DNA of 20,000 nt from the sequence record SRR31156797_2854; one strand, 5' to 3'. A program made the translations under genes and the position numbers. This document shows positions 1 to 9,299 of the stretch, in pieces. Below the pieces are notes generated by a model. That model made no database searches. It was given only the letters and a program-made list of their open reading frames with translations, and was not told the origin of the DNA. Within the stretch, counting starts at the first letter, position 1. Each line of letters starts with the position of its first letter.

Positions 1-487
1 CTTCCAGGCTGTGCTCCGTAAGGTGCGCATCTTTCCGAAACTCAAAATCGTTGTGACCATCTATCAGTTGGTTTGCCAGTTCCCGGTCCACCTCAACGGT
101 GCCGAGTGGGGTGGTGTAGTTCCCGATATTGTAAATGGATGCCCCATCGAAGTAAGTGCGGTGACTGGAGCCAATGAGAAAAATTCTTTCATAACTTGCA
201 TTGGGATCAATCTGGTTGTAGCCGTGAGCTGCAACCTGTCCTGAAAAAACATAGCCGGCATGTGGTACAACAATAGCCTGCAAACCGGAAGTTTCAGGTT
301 GCTTAGCCCTGGCAAAATATATGTCAAGTTCCCGCTGAAGTTCTTCAGGGTTGTCAGGATAAAACTGTCCGGCAACACATGGCTGGCGATCAATCAAATG
401 CGTTGATCCTTCCGATTGCCCTTTTGCCGAAAATAACTTGCCAAACATAATGATCAGTAGAATTAGATAAAAAGTTTTCTTTTTCAT
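1..487 (-). CDS. amrB: AmmeMemoRadiSam system protein B (MEMO1 family), 5' part only, runs off the window; N-terminal signal peptide
   Basis: Manual translation from ATG at 487-485: MKKKTFYLILLIIMFGKLFSAKGQ...DRQPCVAGQFYP...AIVVPHAGYVFSGQVAAHGY...IFLIGSSH...TPLGTVEVD...EHSLE. These are the MEMO1 motifs (AGxFYP, PHAGY, GxxH, TPLG, EHSxE). The frame is open to the window edge. Confidence 0.93.
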   Translation of the reverse strand, partial: MKKKTFYLILLIIMFGKLFSAKGQSEGSTHLIDRQPCVAGQFYPDNPEELQRELDIYFARAKQPETSGLQAIVVPHAGYVFSGQVAAHGYNQIDPNASYERIFLIGSSHRTYFDGASIYNIGNYTTPLGTVEVDRELANQLIDGHNDFEFRKDAHLTEHSLE

Positions 488-496
488 GTTGCAGCT

Positions 497-508
497 AATA
501 TCGATATT
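497..508. promoter_or_regulatory. Perfect 12-bp palindrome in the 57-bp divergent intergenic region (candidate operator)
   Basis: AATATCGATATT is its own reverse complement and lies between the divergent starts at 487 and 545. Confidence 0.3.
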
Positions 509-544
509 TGATGAGGTTTAGCCTGTCAATCTGAAATTACACAA

Positions 545-2683
545 ATGTACAAAATCCCGCTTAGAAAAGAAAGTGCATTGCAGGTTTCTGTGATCATCAC
601 GGGTTTCACAGCCATGGTGGTTCAACTGATTTTTCTCCGTACTTTTCTGAGCATTCTGCACGGCAATGAACTCATTATTGGAGTAATTTTATGCAACTGG
701 ATGCTCCTTACCGGGCTGGGCGCAAAGCTTGGCGCAAATTTCAGGAAACCGGGAAACTTTCTAATGCTGAACCATCTAATGATGGGAATTTTACCTGCCA
801 TGTTGGTTTTTTGCATTCTGTTGCTCAAGTCATCACTTTTCCCACCGGGTGTTTTACCATCATTTACCGAAAGTCTCTTATTTACCCTTTTTATCATGGC
901 ACCATTTTGTGTGCTTTCCGGCGCAATGTTCACCTTGCTTTCAGAAGCATGGAGCCAACACGCCTTGCAGAACAAAACATCGCGGGTTTATGGCATCGAA
1001 GCCATCGGGAGTATTTTAGGCAGCCTGTTGTTTGCAATAATTATGATCCGGATTTTCAGGATTCCGGAAATCCTGATTGTGATTGCATCAGCAAACATCT
1101 CGGTGGCAGTTTTACTAAACATTGCTTATGGTCAAAATAAAACCGTAGGGCATTTTATATTCATTGGATTGCTGGTGTGGATAATGCTACATTTTGTCTT
1201 TGACTGGTACGGATTTGCCAGATCTGTAAACTTTAAAGGTCAGGAAATTCGCACTGTACAAGAAACACCGTTTGGTAATTTGGTGGTCACAGCCACTGGC
1301 AACCAGGTAAATATTTATGAAAACGGAATATCGGGCATTTCCTCAAATGATGTCATCAGCCATGAAGAAAGTGTTCATTATGCACTCCTGCAGGTTTCAA
1401 ATCCCAAAAATGTGTTGGTTATTTCGGGGCAATTGAATGGCATTTTTGATGAAGTAAAAAAATATGACGGCCTCCGGATGGATTTTGTTGAGATCAATCC
1501 CACAATTATCCAAATTACCGAGAAGTATTTCGGAATTCCGAAAGATACCTGTTTGCAAGTTTTTTCGGTTGATCCGGTTACTTACCTTCATGAAACTGAC
1601 AAAAAATACGATGCCATTTTGCTAAACATCCCCCCACCCTCTTCTCTGCAACTCAATCGATTTTACACCACAACACTCTTTTCCCTGCTCAATTCCAGGT
1701 TGTCACAAAACGGGGTGATCTCAATACAACCGGGTGGTAACGCCATTTACCTTGGGAAGGAAATGTTGGAATTTTACCGTGTGCTTGTCTCAACCATAAA
1801 ACAGGCTTTTAAAGAAGTACTGATAATTCCCGGCCAAAATAATTATTTGCTGGCATCCAATCACCCACTTTCGTATGATATTGTTCAACACGTAAACAAG
1901 TTCAATCTTGAAAACCAGTACGTGAACCAGTATTATTTAAATGATGCCCTTTTGCAGGAACAAGGAATCCAGTTGATGAATCAAATTGAAAAAACTGGTC
2001 AGCTAAACACCAATTTTAAACCTGTTGCCTTTTACCAAAACATCAGGTATTGGTTGTCGTGGTATGGTTGGGACATAAGATGGATAGTTGGGATTTTTAT
2101 CGTGATTTTCACAAGTTTGATGTTGGTAATAAAACTTCCGGGGAAGGCCTTGTTTGTTGCAGGCTTTACGGCCACTTCCGTTGAAATCATGGCCCTGCTT
2201 GCCTTCCAGGTGATGTTTGGCTTTTTGTATGAAGCACTTGCTTTTTTACTCGGTGCATTTATGGCTGGTCTGGCAGCAGGCACCATTTTTACGGATAAGT
2301 ATTCCGGAAGAATAAACCGTAAATATTTTATGATGAATCAGGCCTTTATCGGTATATCAGCATTGCTGATTCCTGCATTAATATATATAAATCCAGGCTT
2401 GAAACAGCCGGGGATTTTTAGCGGATTGATTTACCTTTTTCTTGGAATATCAGGGGTAATAACCGGAGCACATTTCACGATGGGCAATCAACTTTCCAAA
2501 GGAAGTACCGGTGGCCGGGCGTCAAATTCCTATGGTGCAGATCTTGCCGGTTCGGCGGGTGGCGCTATTATTGCAGCGGTTATTTTAATCCCCCTTACCG
2601 GATATTTAAATACCGGGATCATCCTTGCGGCAATAAACCTTATTATAGTAATCCGGCTTGGATTAACACGAAAAATGGGTTAG
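545..2683 (+). CDS. Fused multi-TM membrane / spermidine-synthase-like (class I SAM-binding fold) protein
   Basis: 712-aa ORF with N- and C-terminal hydrophobic TM blocks (YGIEAIGS, YGADLAGS) around a soluble domain with SpeE-like segments: ETPFGNLVV, HEESVH, PKNVLVISG, DFVEINP, KYDAILLN, NRFYT, LSQNGV. Confidence 0.85.
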   Translation: MYKIPLRKESALQVSVIITGFTAMVVQLIFLRTFLSILHGNELIIGVILCNWMLLTGLGAKLGANFRKPGNFLMLNHLMMGILPAMLVFCILLLKSSLFPPGVLPSFTESLLFTLFIMAPFCVLSGAMFTLLSEAWSQHALQNKTSRVYGIEAIGSILGSLLFAIIMIRIFRIPEILIVIASANISVAVLLNIAYGQNKTVGHFIFIGLLVWIMLHFVFDWYGFARSVNFKGQEIRTVQETPFGNLVVTATGNQVNIYENGISGISSNDVISHEESVHYALLQVSNPKNVLVISGQLNGIFDEVKKYDGLRMDFVEINPTIIQITEKYFGIPKDTCLQVFSVDPVTYLHETDKKYDAILLNIPPPSSLQLNRFYTTTLFSLLNSRLSQNGVISIQPGGNAIYLGKEMLEFYRVLVSTIKQAFKEVLIIPGQNNYLLASNHPLSYDIVQHVNKFNLENQYVNQYYLNDALLQEQGIQLMNQIEKTGQLNTNFKPVAFYQNIRYWLSWYGWDIRWIVGIFIVIFTSLMLVIKLPGKALFVAGFTATSVEIMALLAFQVMFGFLYEALAFLLGAFMAGLAAGTIFTDKYSGRINRKYFMMNQAFIGISALLIPALIYINPGLKQPGIFSGLIYLFLGISGVITGAHFTMGNQLSKGSTGGRASNSYGADLAGSAGGAIIAAVILIPLTGYLNTGIILAAINLIIVIRLGLTRKMG

Positions 2684-2705
2684 CACGAAAATCTCGATTT
2701 ATGGT

Positions 2706-3791
2706 TTATTCCACCCATTCAACCAGGAAAAGATTGGTGTCGTGCGTGCCACCGTTGTTGCGGTTTGAAGAGAAAACCAGGTATTTTCCATCGTTTGAAA
2801 AAACCGGAAAAGCATCGAACACATTATCGTAAGATATTTGCTTCAGGCCGGTTCCGTCGATATTTACCATAAACAGGTTAAACTTAAATCCCCGTTCCGC
2901 GGCATGATTGGATGAGAAGATGATCTTTTCGCCTGACGGATGAAAGAACGGACTCCAGTTAGCCTTACCCAAACTGGTTACCTGGGTCATGTTACTACCA
3001 TCAACATCACAAACATAAATTTCCATATTTGTGGGCATCACAAGCCCTTCGGCCAACAGGTCCTTATATTTTTTTACCGCTTCGGGTGTTTTAGGCCTCG
3101 ATGATCTGAATACAAGTTTTGTTCCGTCAGGAGAGAAAAATGCCCCACCGTCATAACCCAGCTCATCAGTAACCTGCCTGATGTCGCTACCATCAATGTT
3201 CATGGTAAACAATTCAAGATCACCGCTGCGAACGGAAGTAAAAACAATTTTATCGCCTTTTGGCGATACTGTTGCCTCGGCATCATAACCTTCATAATTG
3301 GTAAGTTTTTGGATGATGTTCCCGTCCAGGTCCGAAACAAAAATATCGTAGGAATCATAGATTGGCCAAACGTAATTTCCATCTACTTCACGTGGTGGTT
3401 TGTGCGGACATAATGCGTCATGCTCATGGGTTGAGGCATAAAGAATTGTGGTATCGCCCGGCATAAAATAGGAACAGGTGGTTCGGCCATGGCCCGTACT
3501 TACCAACATTGGTCGCTGATCTTTCATATCCGACCCTTCAACGGGTGTGATGAAAATCTGGTCGCATTCGGCATCCCATTTTGTATTTGTAGCCTGGAAA
3601 ATGAGTTTACTATCATCAAAGCTCCAGTAAGCCTCAGCGTTGTCGCCACCAAAAGTGAGTTGCTTGATGTTTTTAAAATGTTTCTCTTGTGGGTATTTTA
3701 CTTTATCGGCATTTGCTAATTCAGCATGTTGGCTGTAAACTGCCAGTGTAGTGGTGAAAATGAGTCCAATTAAAAAGTGAAATTTTAGCAT
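2706..3791 (-). CDS. Exported TolB-like PD40/WD40 beta-propeller protein
   Basis: Signal peptide (AVYS/Q) and repeated PD40 motifs: YWSFDDSKLIF, SPKGDKIVFTS, FSPDGTKLVFRS, FHPSGEKIIFSSN, FSNDGKYLVFSSNR. Confidence 0.9.
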   Translation of the reverse strand: MLKFHFLIGLIFTTTLAVYSQHAELANADKVKYPQEKHFKNIKQLTFGGDNAEAYWSFDDSKLIFQATNTKWDAECDQIFITPVEGSDMKDQRPMLVSTGHGRTTCSYFMPGDTTILYASTHEHDALCPHKPPREVDGNYVWPIYDSYDIFVSDLDGNIIQKLTNYEGYDAEATVSPKGDKIVFTSVRSGDLELFTMNIDGSDIRQVTDELGYDGGAFFSPDGTKLVFRSSRPKTPEAVKKYKDLLAEGLVMPTNMEIYVCDVDGSNMTQVTSLGKANWSPFFHPSGEKIIFSSNHAAERGFKFNLFMVNIDGTGLKQISYDNVFDAFPVFSNDGKYLVFSSNRNNGGTHDTNLFLVEWVE

Positions 3792-3865
3792 ATTGAATTA
3801 TCTTTTAAAGAAATAATGAAATCAAACATGCCGGTTAGGCAAATGTTCAAGAAAATGTAAAGGAA

Positions 3866-6460
3866 TTATCGAAGCAGTGTTATCGATCCGGTGATTGTTC
3901 TTTTGGATAGCCCTTCAAGACGGACTTCAAAAACATCGCAAACGTAGAAATAAACCCCTTCAGAGCAATCCTGGTTATTATTGATGTTTTTACCGTCCCA
4001 ATTGATATCGGGATCATCGGTTTTAAAAACAATTCGGCCCCAGCGGTTGAAAATTTTCAAATCGATGCGTTCAACGGAAGTGTAATCGGAATAGGGCCTG
4101 AAATACTCATTATACTGATCATGGTTTGGGGTAAAGACGTTGGGCAGCCTGTAAGTTGAGCAACTATCGATACTGACACAAACTAAATTGCTTTTTTCGC
4201 TTAGGTTTCCAACAGTATCATAGGCTGCCACCTGGTAGCACCCTGAAATAGACTGGAGATTTTGATGCGCATATTCCTGTTGCCCGGGATCTGTAACCTC
4301 ATCAATCTGAACCAGTGAATCACCATCGAAAGCCGCGTAATAGATGTAATATCCTGCAATATCCAAAGGGCAATCCGGCGGATTTTGCCACTTCAGATCA
4401 TTTTGAATCAGTTCACAATCGGTTGAGACACTTAATTCCGGGGGACATGGCGGAACATTATCCTGAGGGATTCCTGAGTTTATCTGGGATCGATTTATAA
4501 TCGGATCAACCAGACCAGGAGCAGAATAATTACCAAAACTCTCAACAAAATAGCTGTATTCCGCACCATTTACCAAATTAGTATCTACATAAAAAGGTGT
4601 ATAACTCAACCCTATTGAGTCATACGCTGCGGTTTGTTTATTCAACCTGTAAATGGTGTACCTATAGTTGATCCAGGGCGCCTCAATATTCCACGAAAGC
4701 TGAAGTGCCTGGTCGGTGGGTGAAATATTCAGAAACATCGATCGCGCAACCTGCGTTGAGCCAATAAATGTTTTAGCTCCCCCATCGAGGCTGTACATAT
4801 CAATTTTATAGGAATATTTCAAATCAGCCGTATTCAGCCCGGAATCATCAACAAACAGGGTATCGTTAATACCTGTATTTTCAGCAATTGCTATAAACTG
4901 TGTGTTCTCTGAATCTGCTCTGTTAATCACATATTTGTATGGCCCGCCAAAAATAAGGGTATCCATATCCGTGGGTTTCGACCAGGCCACAAAAATCTCA
5001 CCCTGTGTTGTTGATGTTTCGGTAACAGAAACATTGGTAATGATCGGGACATCCTTTTTCAAAGTTGCGCAGGCTTCATTTGATGGATAACTTTCACTGC
5101 CATCTGCATAAAAAGCAAGCACGACATAACAATAATCTATGCCATGAACAAGGCCCATTCCGTTGTTATCGTCAATAAAAGTAGTATCGGCAATATTTTC
5201 CAGTGTGGCAATTTTCTCATAACCGGAGTCATCGGGAATTCCCGGATCGCAGGGTCCGGGGTTCAGGTCATAAAAACCGTCCCGCCGGTAGAGATCATAT
5301 CCAAGAGCCCGTTCGCAAACCACCTGTTCCCAACTTAGATGTATGCTGTTACCAACTGCTGTGGCACTCAGGTTATCAGGTGGCGGGCTTATAACCCTGA
5401 TACTCATGGTACGAATATCCGCCAATTGTGGGAAATTTAAAGTATCCTTAGCGGTAAAAACTACCTGGTATGGTTGGTATTGGATATGCGAACACGTGGT
5501 ATTCCACGAAAATGTGGAAGAAACAAAACCTTCGCCTATGGCAGCCGGAAATTCAGCAGGACTTTCTTCAACTTCAAACGGGCCACCCAGGGCCCTGATT
5601 ACCACCTGGTCTTCATCCGGATCGGTCGCATTAACAGTAAAACCCAACGAATCACCAGCCATGATGCAGGTGTCCTGAATATTTCCGATAATCGGTGCCT
5701 GATTATCACACGCAATCACGGTGATCTGCATATCGCGGGTTACATAACCGATCCGTACTCCACTGCGCCATTCTTCAACAATAAATGCAATGTTGTACTC
5801 ACCCTGCAGAATTGGGTTATCCCAGGTAATTGTGCCCGTTATCGCATCAATTTCAAATGTGGTTTGCACGGTAGTATCAACTTCGTTAGGCAGTTTATAG
5901 CCAGGAATCGGCAACCCGAAAGCACCACGACAATCAACAAGTTTGTAAGAGATACTGTCGCCGTCAGAATCAAAAGCAGCAGGGTTATGCAAATAGAGGG
6001 TATTAACACAACCGTTGTCAATAGGCGGTGCCAGCAATTCCACTGAGTTATTTGCACCCAGGAAAGGGTTGATGACCAGTTCGGTACGAATAAAAAATGG
6101 CACGTTAACCGAATTGGGGATATTCAGCACCCCGTAATTCCTGTTGGGGTCTTCAACTGAAATTACATAGGTCCCCTGCCCGGGGAATGTGTGTACTGCC
6201 CCGGAGTAAACATTGCGGCTGATATTATTGGGATAATTAATCTTTTGGGTTCTGGGCACCAACTGTGCAGTACCATCACCCCAATTGATCTGCAATTCAG
6301 GACGGTCTGCCGGACTGGGCGTGTAGGTATAGGTTACAATTGTAAACTCGTATTTCAGGTCGGAAATAGCTTTGTAAGTTATCTCACCGGCTCGCTGGTG
6401 GGTGGAGAATGCAGCAAAAGCGCTGAGCAAAAGAGTTATGGTTAATAAATATTTCCTCAT
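3866..6460 (-). CDS. T9SS type-B sorting-domain (gliding-motility C-terminal domain) secreted protein with Ig/FN3-like domains
   Basis: Signal peptide then HQRAGEITY. FN3-like segments (PPDNLSA...LSW...Y.LYR...Y.Y.V.A). C-terminus LPNVFTPN...LKIFNRWGRIVF...WDG...EGVYFY...GSITLLR is a type-B CTD. Confidence 0.9.
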   Translation of the reverse strand: MRKYLLTITLLLSAFAAFSTHQRAGEITYKAISDLKYEFTIVTYTYTPSPADRPELQINWGDGTAQLVPRTQKINYPNNISRNVYSGAVHTFPGQGTYVISVEDPNRNYGVLNIPNSVNVPFFIRTELVINPFLGANNSVELLAPPIDNGCVNTLYLHNPAAFDSDGDSISYKLVDCRGAFGLPIPGYKLPNEVDTTVQTTFEIDAITGTITWDNPILQGEYNIAFIVEEWRSGVRIGYVTRDMQITVIACDNQAPIIGNIQDTCIMAGDSLGFTVNATDPDEDQVVIRALGGPFEVEESPAEFPAAIGEGFVSSTFSWNTTCSHIQYQPYQVVFTAKDTLNFPQLADIRTMSIRVISPPPDNLSATAVGNSIHLSWEQVVCERALGYDLYRRDGFYDLNPGPCDPGIPDDSGYEKIATLENIADTTFIDDNNGMGLVHGIDYCYVVLAFYADGSESYPSNEACATLKKDVPIITNVSVTETSTTQGEIFVAWSKPTDMDTLIFGGPYKYVINRADSENTQFIAIAENTGINDTLFVDDSGLNTADLKYSYKIDMYSLDGGAKTFIGSTQVARSMFLNISPTDQALQLSWNIEAPWINYRYTIYRLNKQTAAYDSIGLSYTPFYVDTNLVNGAEYSYFVESFGNYSAPGLVDPIINRSQINSGIPQDNVPPCPPELSVSTDCELIQNDLKWQNPPDCPLDIAGYYIYYAAFDGDSLVQIDEVTDPGQQEYAHQNLQSISGCYQVAAYDTVGNLSEKSNLVCVSIDSCSTYRLPNVFTPNHDQYNEYFRPYSDYTSVERIDLKIFNRWGRIVFKTDDPDINWDGKNINNNQDCSEGVYFYVCDVFEVRLEGLSKRTITGSITLLR

Positions 6461-6501
6461 TAATCGTTTAACTTGATCGTAGTCTGAGTAGGTTATTTCA
6501 T

Positions 6502-6509
6502 CAAAATTA
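6502..6509 (-). promoter_or_regulatory. Bacteroidota housekeeping-sigma -7 element for the T9SS cargo gene
   Basis: Reads TAATTTTG (TAnnTTTG) on the minus strand, about 40 nt upstream of the ATG. Confidence 0.45.
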
Positions 6510-6635
6510 AATTTTTCCCCGAACGAATGTAAAATAACTTGAAAACATCCAATATAATGCCATATCTGACAAAAATTAACGTTAATTTATTCAAATTTGA
6601 TACAAACAATAAGCGGCTTCCAGCATCATAATGCT

Positions 6636-6643
6636 TAATTTTG
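6636..6643 (+). promoter_or_regulatory. Bacteroidota -7 promoter element for rel
   Basis: TAATTTTG 20 nt upstream of the ATG at 6664. No clear -33 TTTG at canonical spacing. Confidence 0.5.
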
Positions 6644-6663
6644 CTTGGTTACAAAAATAGCAG

Positions 6664-8880
6664 ATGTACACCGAAGCAGAAAAAAAAGAAATAGCCCGGC
6701 AATACAGGATTTTATTACGGGTTTGGAAAAACCGCAAAGGAGAAGATGAAGCTAAGATGGTTCGCAAAGCTTTCGATCTTTCTGTGGAATCGCACCAGGG
6801 TATGCGCCGCCGGTCGAAAGAACCCTACGTTTATCACCCATTGGAAGTAGCCACCATTTGCGCCAAAGACATGCGCCTGGATGCTACATCTATTGTTTGT
6901 GCCCTGCTTCACGATGTAGTAGAGGATACCGATGTTACCCTGGAAGAGATCGAACAACAGTTTAACCCCCGGATTGCACTGATCATCGGCGGGCTCACTA
7001 AAATTCAGGGTATTTTCGATGATGGCCGCCGATCCATTCAGGCCGAATATTTTAAACGCATGATCCTGGCGCTGGCTGAGGATATGCGTGTGATCCTGAT
7101 CAAACTGGCCGACCGCCTGCACAACATGCGTACGCTTGATCATATGCCCCGCGACAAGCAACTGAAAATCGCTTCCGAAACGCTGGTGCTATATGCACCA
7201 CTGGCCTACAGAATAGGGCTTTACAACATCAAAACCGAGCTGGAAGACCTTTCACTGAAATATACCGAACCTGAGATTTACGATTATATCAGCAAGCAGG
7301 TTGAAGATACAAAAATTGACCGTGACCGATTTATCAACCGTTTTATCTATCCCGTAAAAAATCTGCTGAACAAGCATAACATTTCTTACAGATTGCACGT
7401 GCGGGTTAAATCTGTTTATTCGATATGGCAAAAAATGCAAAAACAAAACATCAATTTCGAAGATGTGTATGATGTTTTTGCTGTGCGTATTATTGTAAAT
7501 TCTCCTCCCGATACCGAGCGACTGGATTGTTGGAAAGCCTATTCGCTGATCACCGAAATTTACAAACCCAAGCACGATCGCATCCGCGACTGGATATCAA
7601 TCCCCAAATCGAACGGATATGAAGCTTTGCACACCACCGTAATGAGCCACCGGGGTAAGTGGGTCGAAATTCAGATACGCTCGGACCGTATGCATGAAAT
7701 TGCTGAATCAGGATATGCCTCTCACCATTTTTATAAAAACATGTCTGATGAGGTTTCGGCTATCGATACCTGGCTTACCAAGATCAAGGAACAATTTCAG
7801 AATCCTGAAAACGATGCCCTGGACTTCCTGGATGAATTTAAACTCGACCTTTATTCCGAAGAGATTTACACCTTCACGCCCAAGGGCGACATGAAAAAAC
7901 TGCCCATTGGAGCTACCGCACTGGATTTTGCATATAGCATCCACACCGAGATCGGGCGGCACAGCCTGGGAGCCAAGGTCAACCTTTCGCTGGTTCCGTT
8001 GAAACATGAACTCAAAAGCGGTGACCAGGTAGAGATCATCACCTCCAAAAAACAGAAACCCCAGGAAGAATGGCTCGATTATGTGGTTACTTCCAGGGCC
8101 AAAAATTACATCAAGGAAGGACTTAAGGAAGAGAAAAAACAGTTTTATGAAGCAGGCAAACAGAAACTGCAAAAGCATTTCGATGATCTTTCTCTGGAAC
8201 TCAATAAACAAAGCCTGAAAAAATTCCAGGAATATACCGGGCACACCAGCAAAATTGATTTGTATTACGAGGTTGCTACCGACAAAATCGGGCCGGCGGA
8301 TTTGAAAAACTGCTGCCAGAAACCTGAAAAAAGTCCGTGGTTTAATGCACTTAACCCATTTAACAAAAGCAGCAAAACGGAAGGCCAGACTTTGAATGAC
8401 AACCTTGCCGAACAGATTAGAAACAAGCCCGAAGAAGTGCTGCTTGGCGATAGTGCTAAAATCGACTTTAAGGTTTCACATTGTTGCAACCCCATCCCCG
8501 GCGATGATATTATTGGATTGATCACCCCAAAAAAGCCCATCATGGTTCACCGGGTAAACTGCAAGAATGCCCGCGAAATGATGTCGCGTTTTGGAAACCG
8601 GATTGTGAAGGCCAAGTGGAATAAAAAAGATCCCATTCTTTTCCTGGCCGGTCTGGAATTTAAGAGCATTGACGCTATGGGATTTATCTATCGCATTTCT
8701 GACATTATTTCCAACAAGCACAATCTAAAAATCCGCTCCTTCAATCTGAACAGTTCCAATGAAGTTTCCGAAGGACAAATTATGCTCTACGTGCAAAACA
8801 CCCAAAGCCTGAACGACCTCATCACCGACCTGAAAAAGATCAAAGAAATTAAGAAGATCAGCCGGATGAACCCCGTTTAA
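6664..8880 (+). CDS. rel: Long RelA/SpoT homologue, bifunctional (p)ppGpp synthetase/hydrolase
   Basis: Hydrolase motifs EPYVYHP, LLHDVVEDT, KLADRLHNMRTL. Synthetase motifs RVKSVYS, DVFAVR, RIRDWI, NGYEALH, EIQIRS. TGS (FTPKG...DFAYSIHT), ZFD (CCNPIPGD...HRVNC) and a C-terminal ACT domain. Confidence 0.96.
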   Translation: MYTEAEKKEIARQYRILLRVWKNRKGEDEAKMVRKAFDLSVESHQGMRRRSKEPYVYHPLEVATICAKDMRLDATSIVCALLHDVVEDTDVTLEEIEQQFNPRIALIIGGLTKIQGIFDDGRRSIQAEYFKRMILALAEDMRVILIKLADRLHNMRTLDHMPRDKQLKIASETLVLYAPLAYRIGLYNIKTELEDLSLKYTEPEIYDYISKQVEDTKIDRDRFINRFIYPVKNLLNKHNISYRLHVRVKSVYSIWQKMQKQNINFEDVYDVFAVRIIVNSPPDTERLDCWKAYSLITEIYKPKHDRIRDWISIPKSNGYEALHTTVMSHRGKWVEIQIRSDRMHEIAESGYASHHFYKNMSDEVSAIDTWLTKIKEQFQNPENDALDFLDEFKLDLYSEEIYTFTPKGDMKKLPIGATALDFAYSIHTEIGRHSLGAKVNLSLVPLKHELKSGDQVEIITSKKQKPQEEWLDYVVTSRAKNYIKEGLKEEKKQFYEAGKQKLQKHFDDLSLELNKQSLKKFQEYTGHTSKIDLYYEVATDKIGPADLKNCCQKPEKSPWFNALNPFNKSSKTEGQTLNDNLAEQIRNKPEEVLLGDSAKIDFKVSHCCNPIPGDDIIGLITPKKPIMVHRVNCKNAREMMSRFGNRIVKAKWNKKDPILFLAGLEFKSIDAMGFIYRISDIISNKHNLKIRSFNLNSSNEVSEGQIMLYVQNTQSLNDLITDLKKIKEIKKISRMNPV

Positions 8881-8919
8881 AATGCAATACCGGGTTTAGA
8901 ATGAAATAAAATGATCTAA

Positions 8920-8997
8920 GATTGGCGATTTACCCGCCTTGCCGCTTGTGATGGCCAACGCTATGGCGAGGCAGGCGATTTTAGATTGAAGATTAAC
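8920..8997. repeat. GATTnnn heptamer tandem repeat interrupted by a 43-nt GC-rich hairpin
   Basis: GATTGGC GATTTAC [8934-8976] GATTTTA GATTGAA GATTAAC. Stem CCCGCCTTGCC (8933-8943) pairs with GGCGAGGCAGG (8965-8975), with one mismatch and one G-T pair. Confidence 0.6.
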
Positions 8998-9299
8998 TCT
9001 TCCTTCGCTTCTCATAATATATAGCGCTAGGCAGAGTTGAAAAGCTGCGGAGGATGAAAGATCTTGGATGTAATAACTCAATAACCCAATAACTTTTAAC
9101 GCAATGCACTTTAGCACACTCAAGGCACTTCCTTTACAAATGTTAGAAAATGTTAATTTCCCGGCTTTGTTAATCGTTTCACACTGAGGGCAAGCCAAAA
9201 TCCATAATTCAATATTCCATTACCGAAATTATTTTTTGTTTTAACATCATGAAACCCCAAATTTTTAAAAGGAAATAGCCCTGATTATCCCAAAAAAAT

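Noticed and set aside
11..393. Track ORFs 11..244 (+) and 64..393 (-)
   Set aside because: They are shadow frames over the amrB gene, which occupies another minus-strand frame with clear MEMO1 motifs.
8896..9198. 100-aa minus-strand ORF in the rel-fur spacer
   Set aside because: It has a non-ATG start, crosses the tandem repeats and hairpin, and shows no protein-like motifs.
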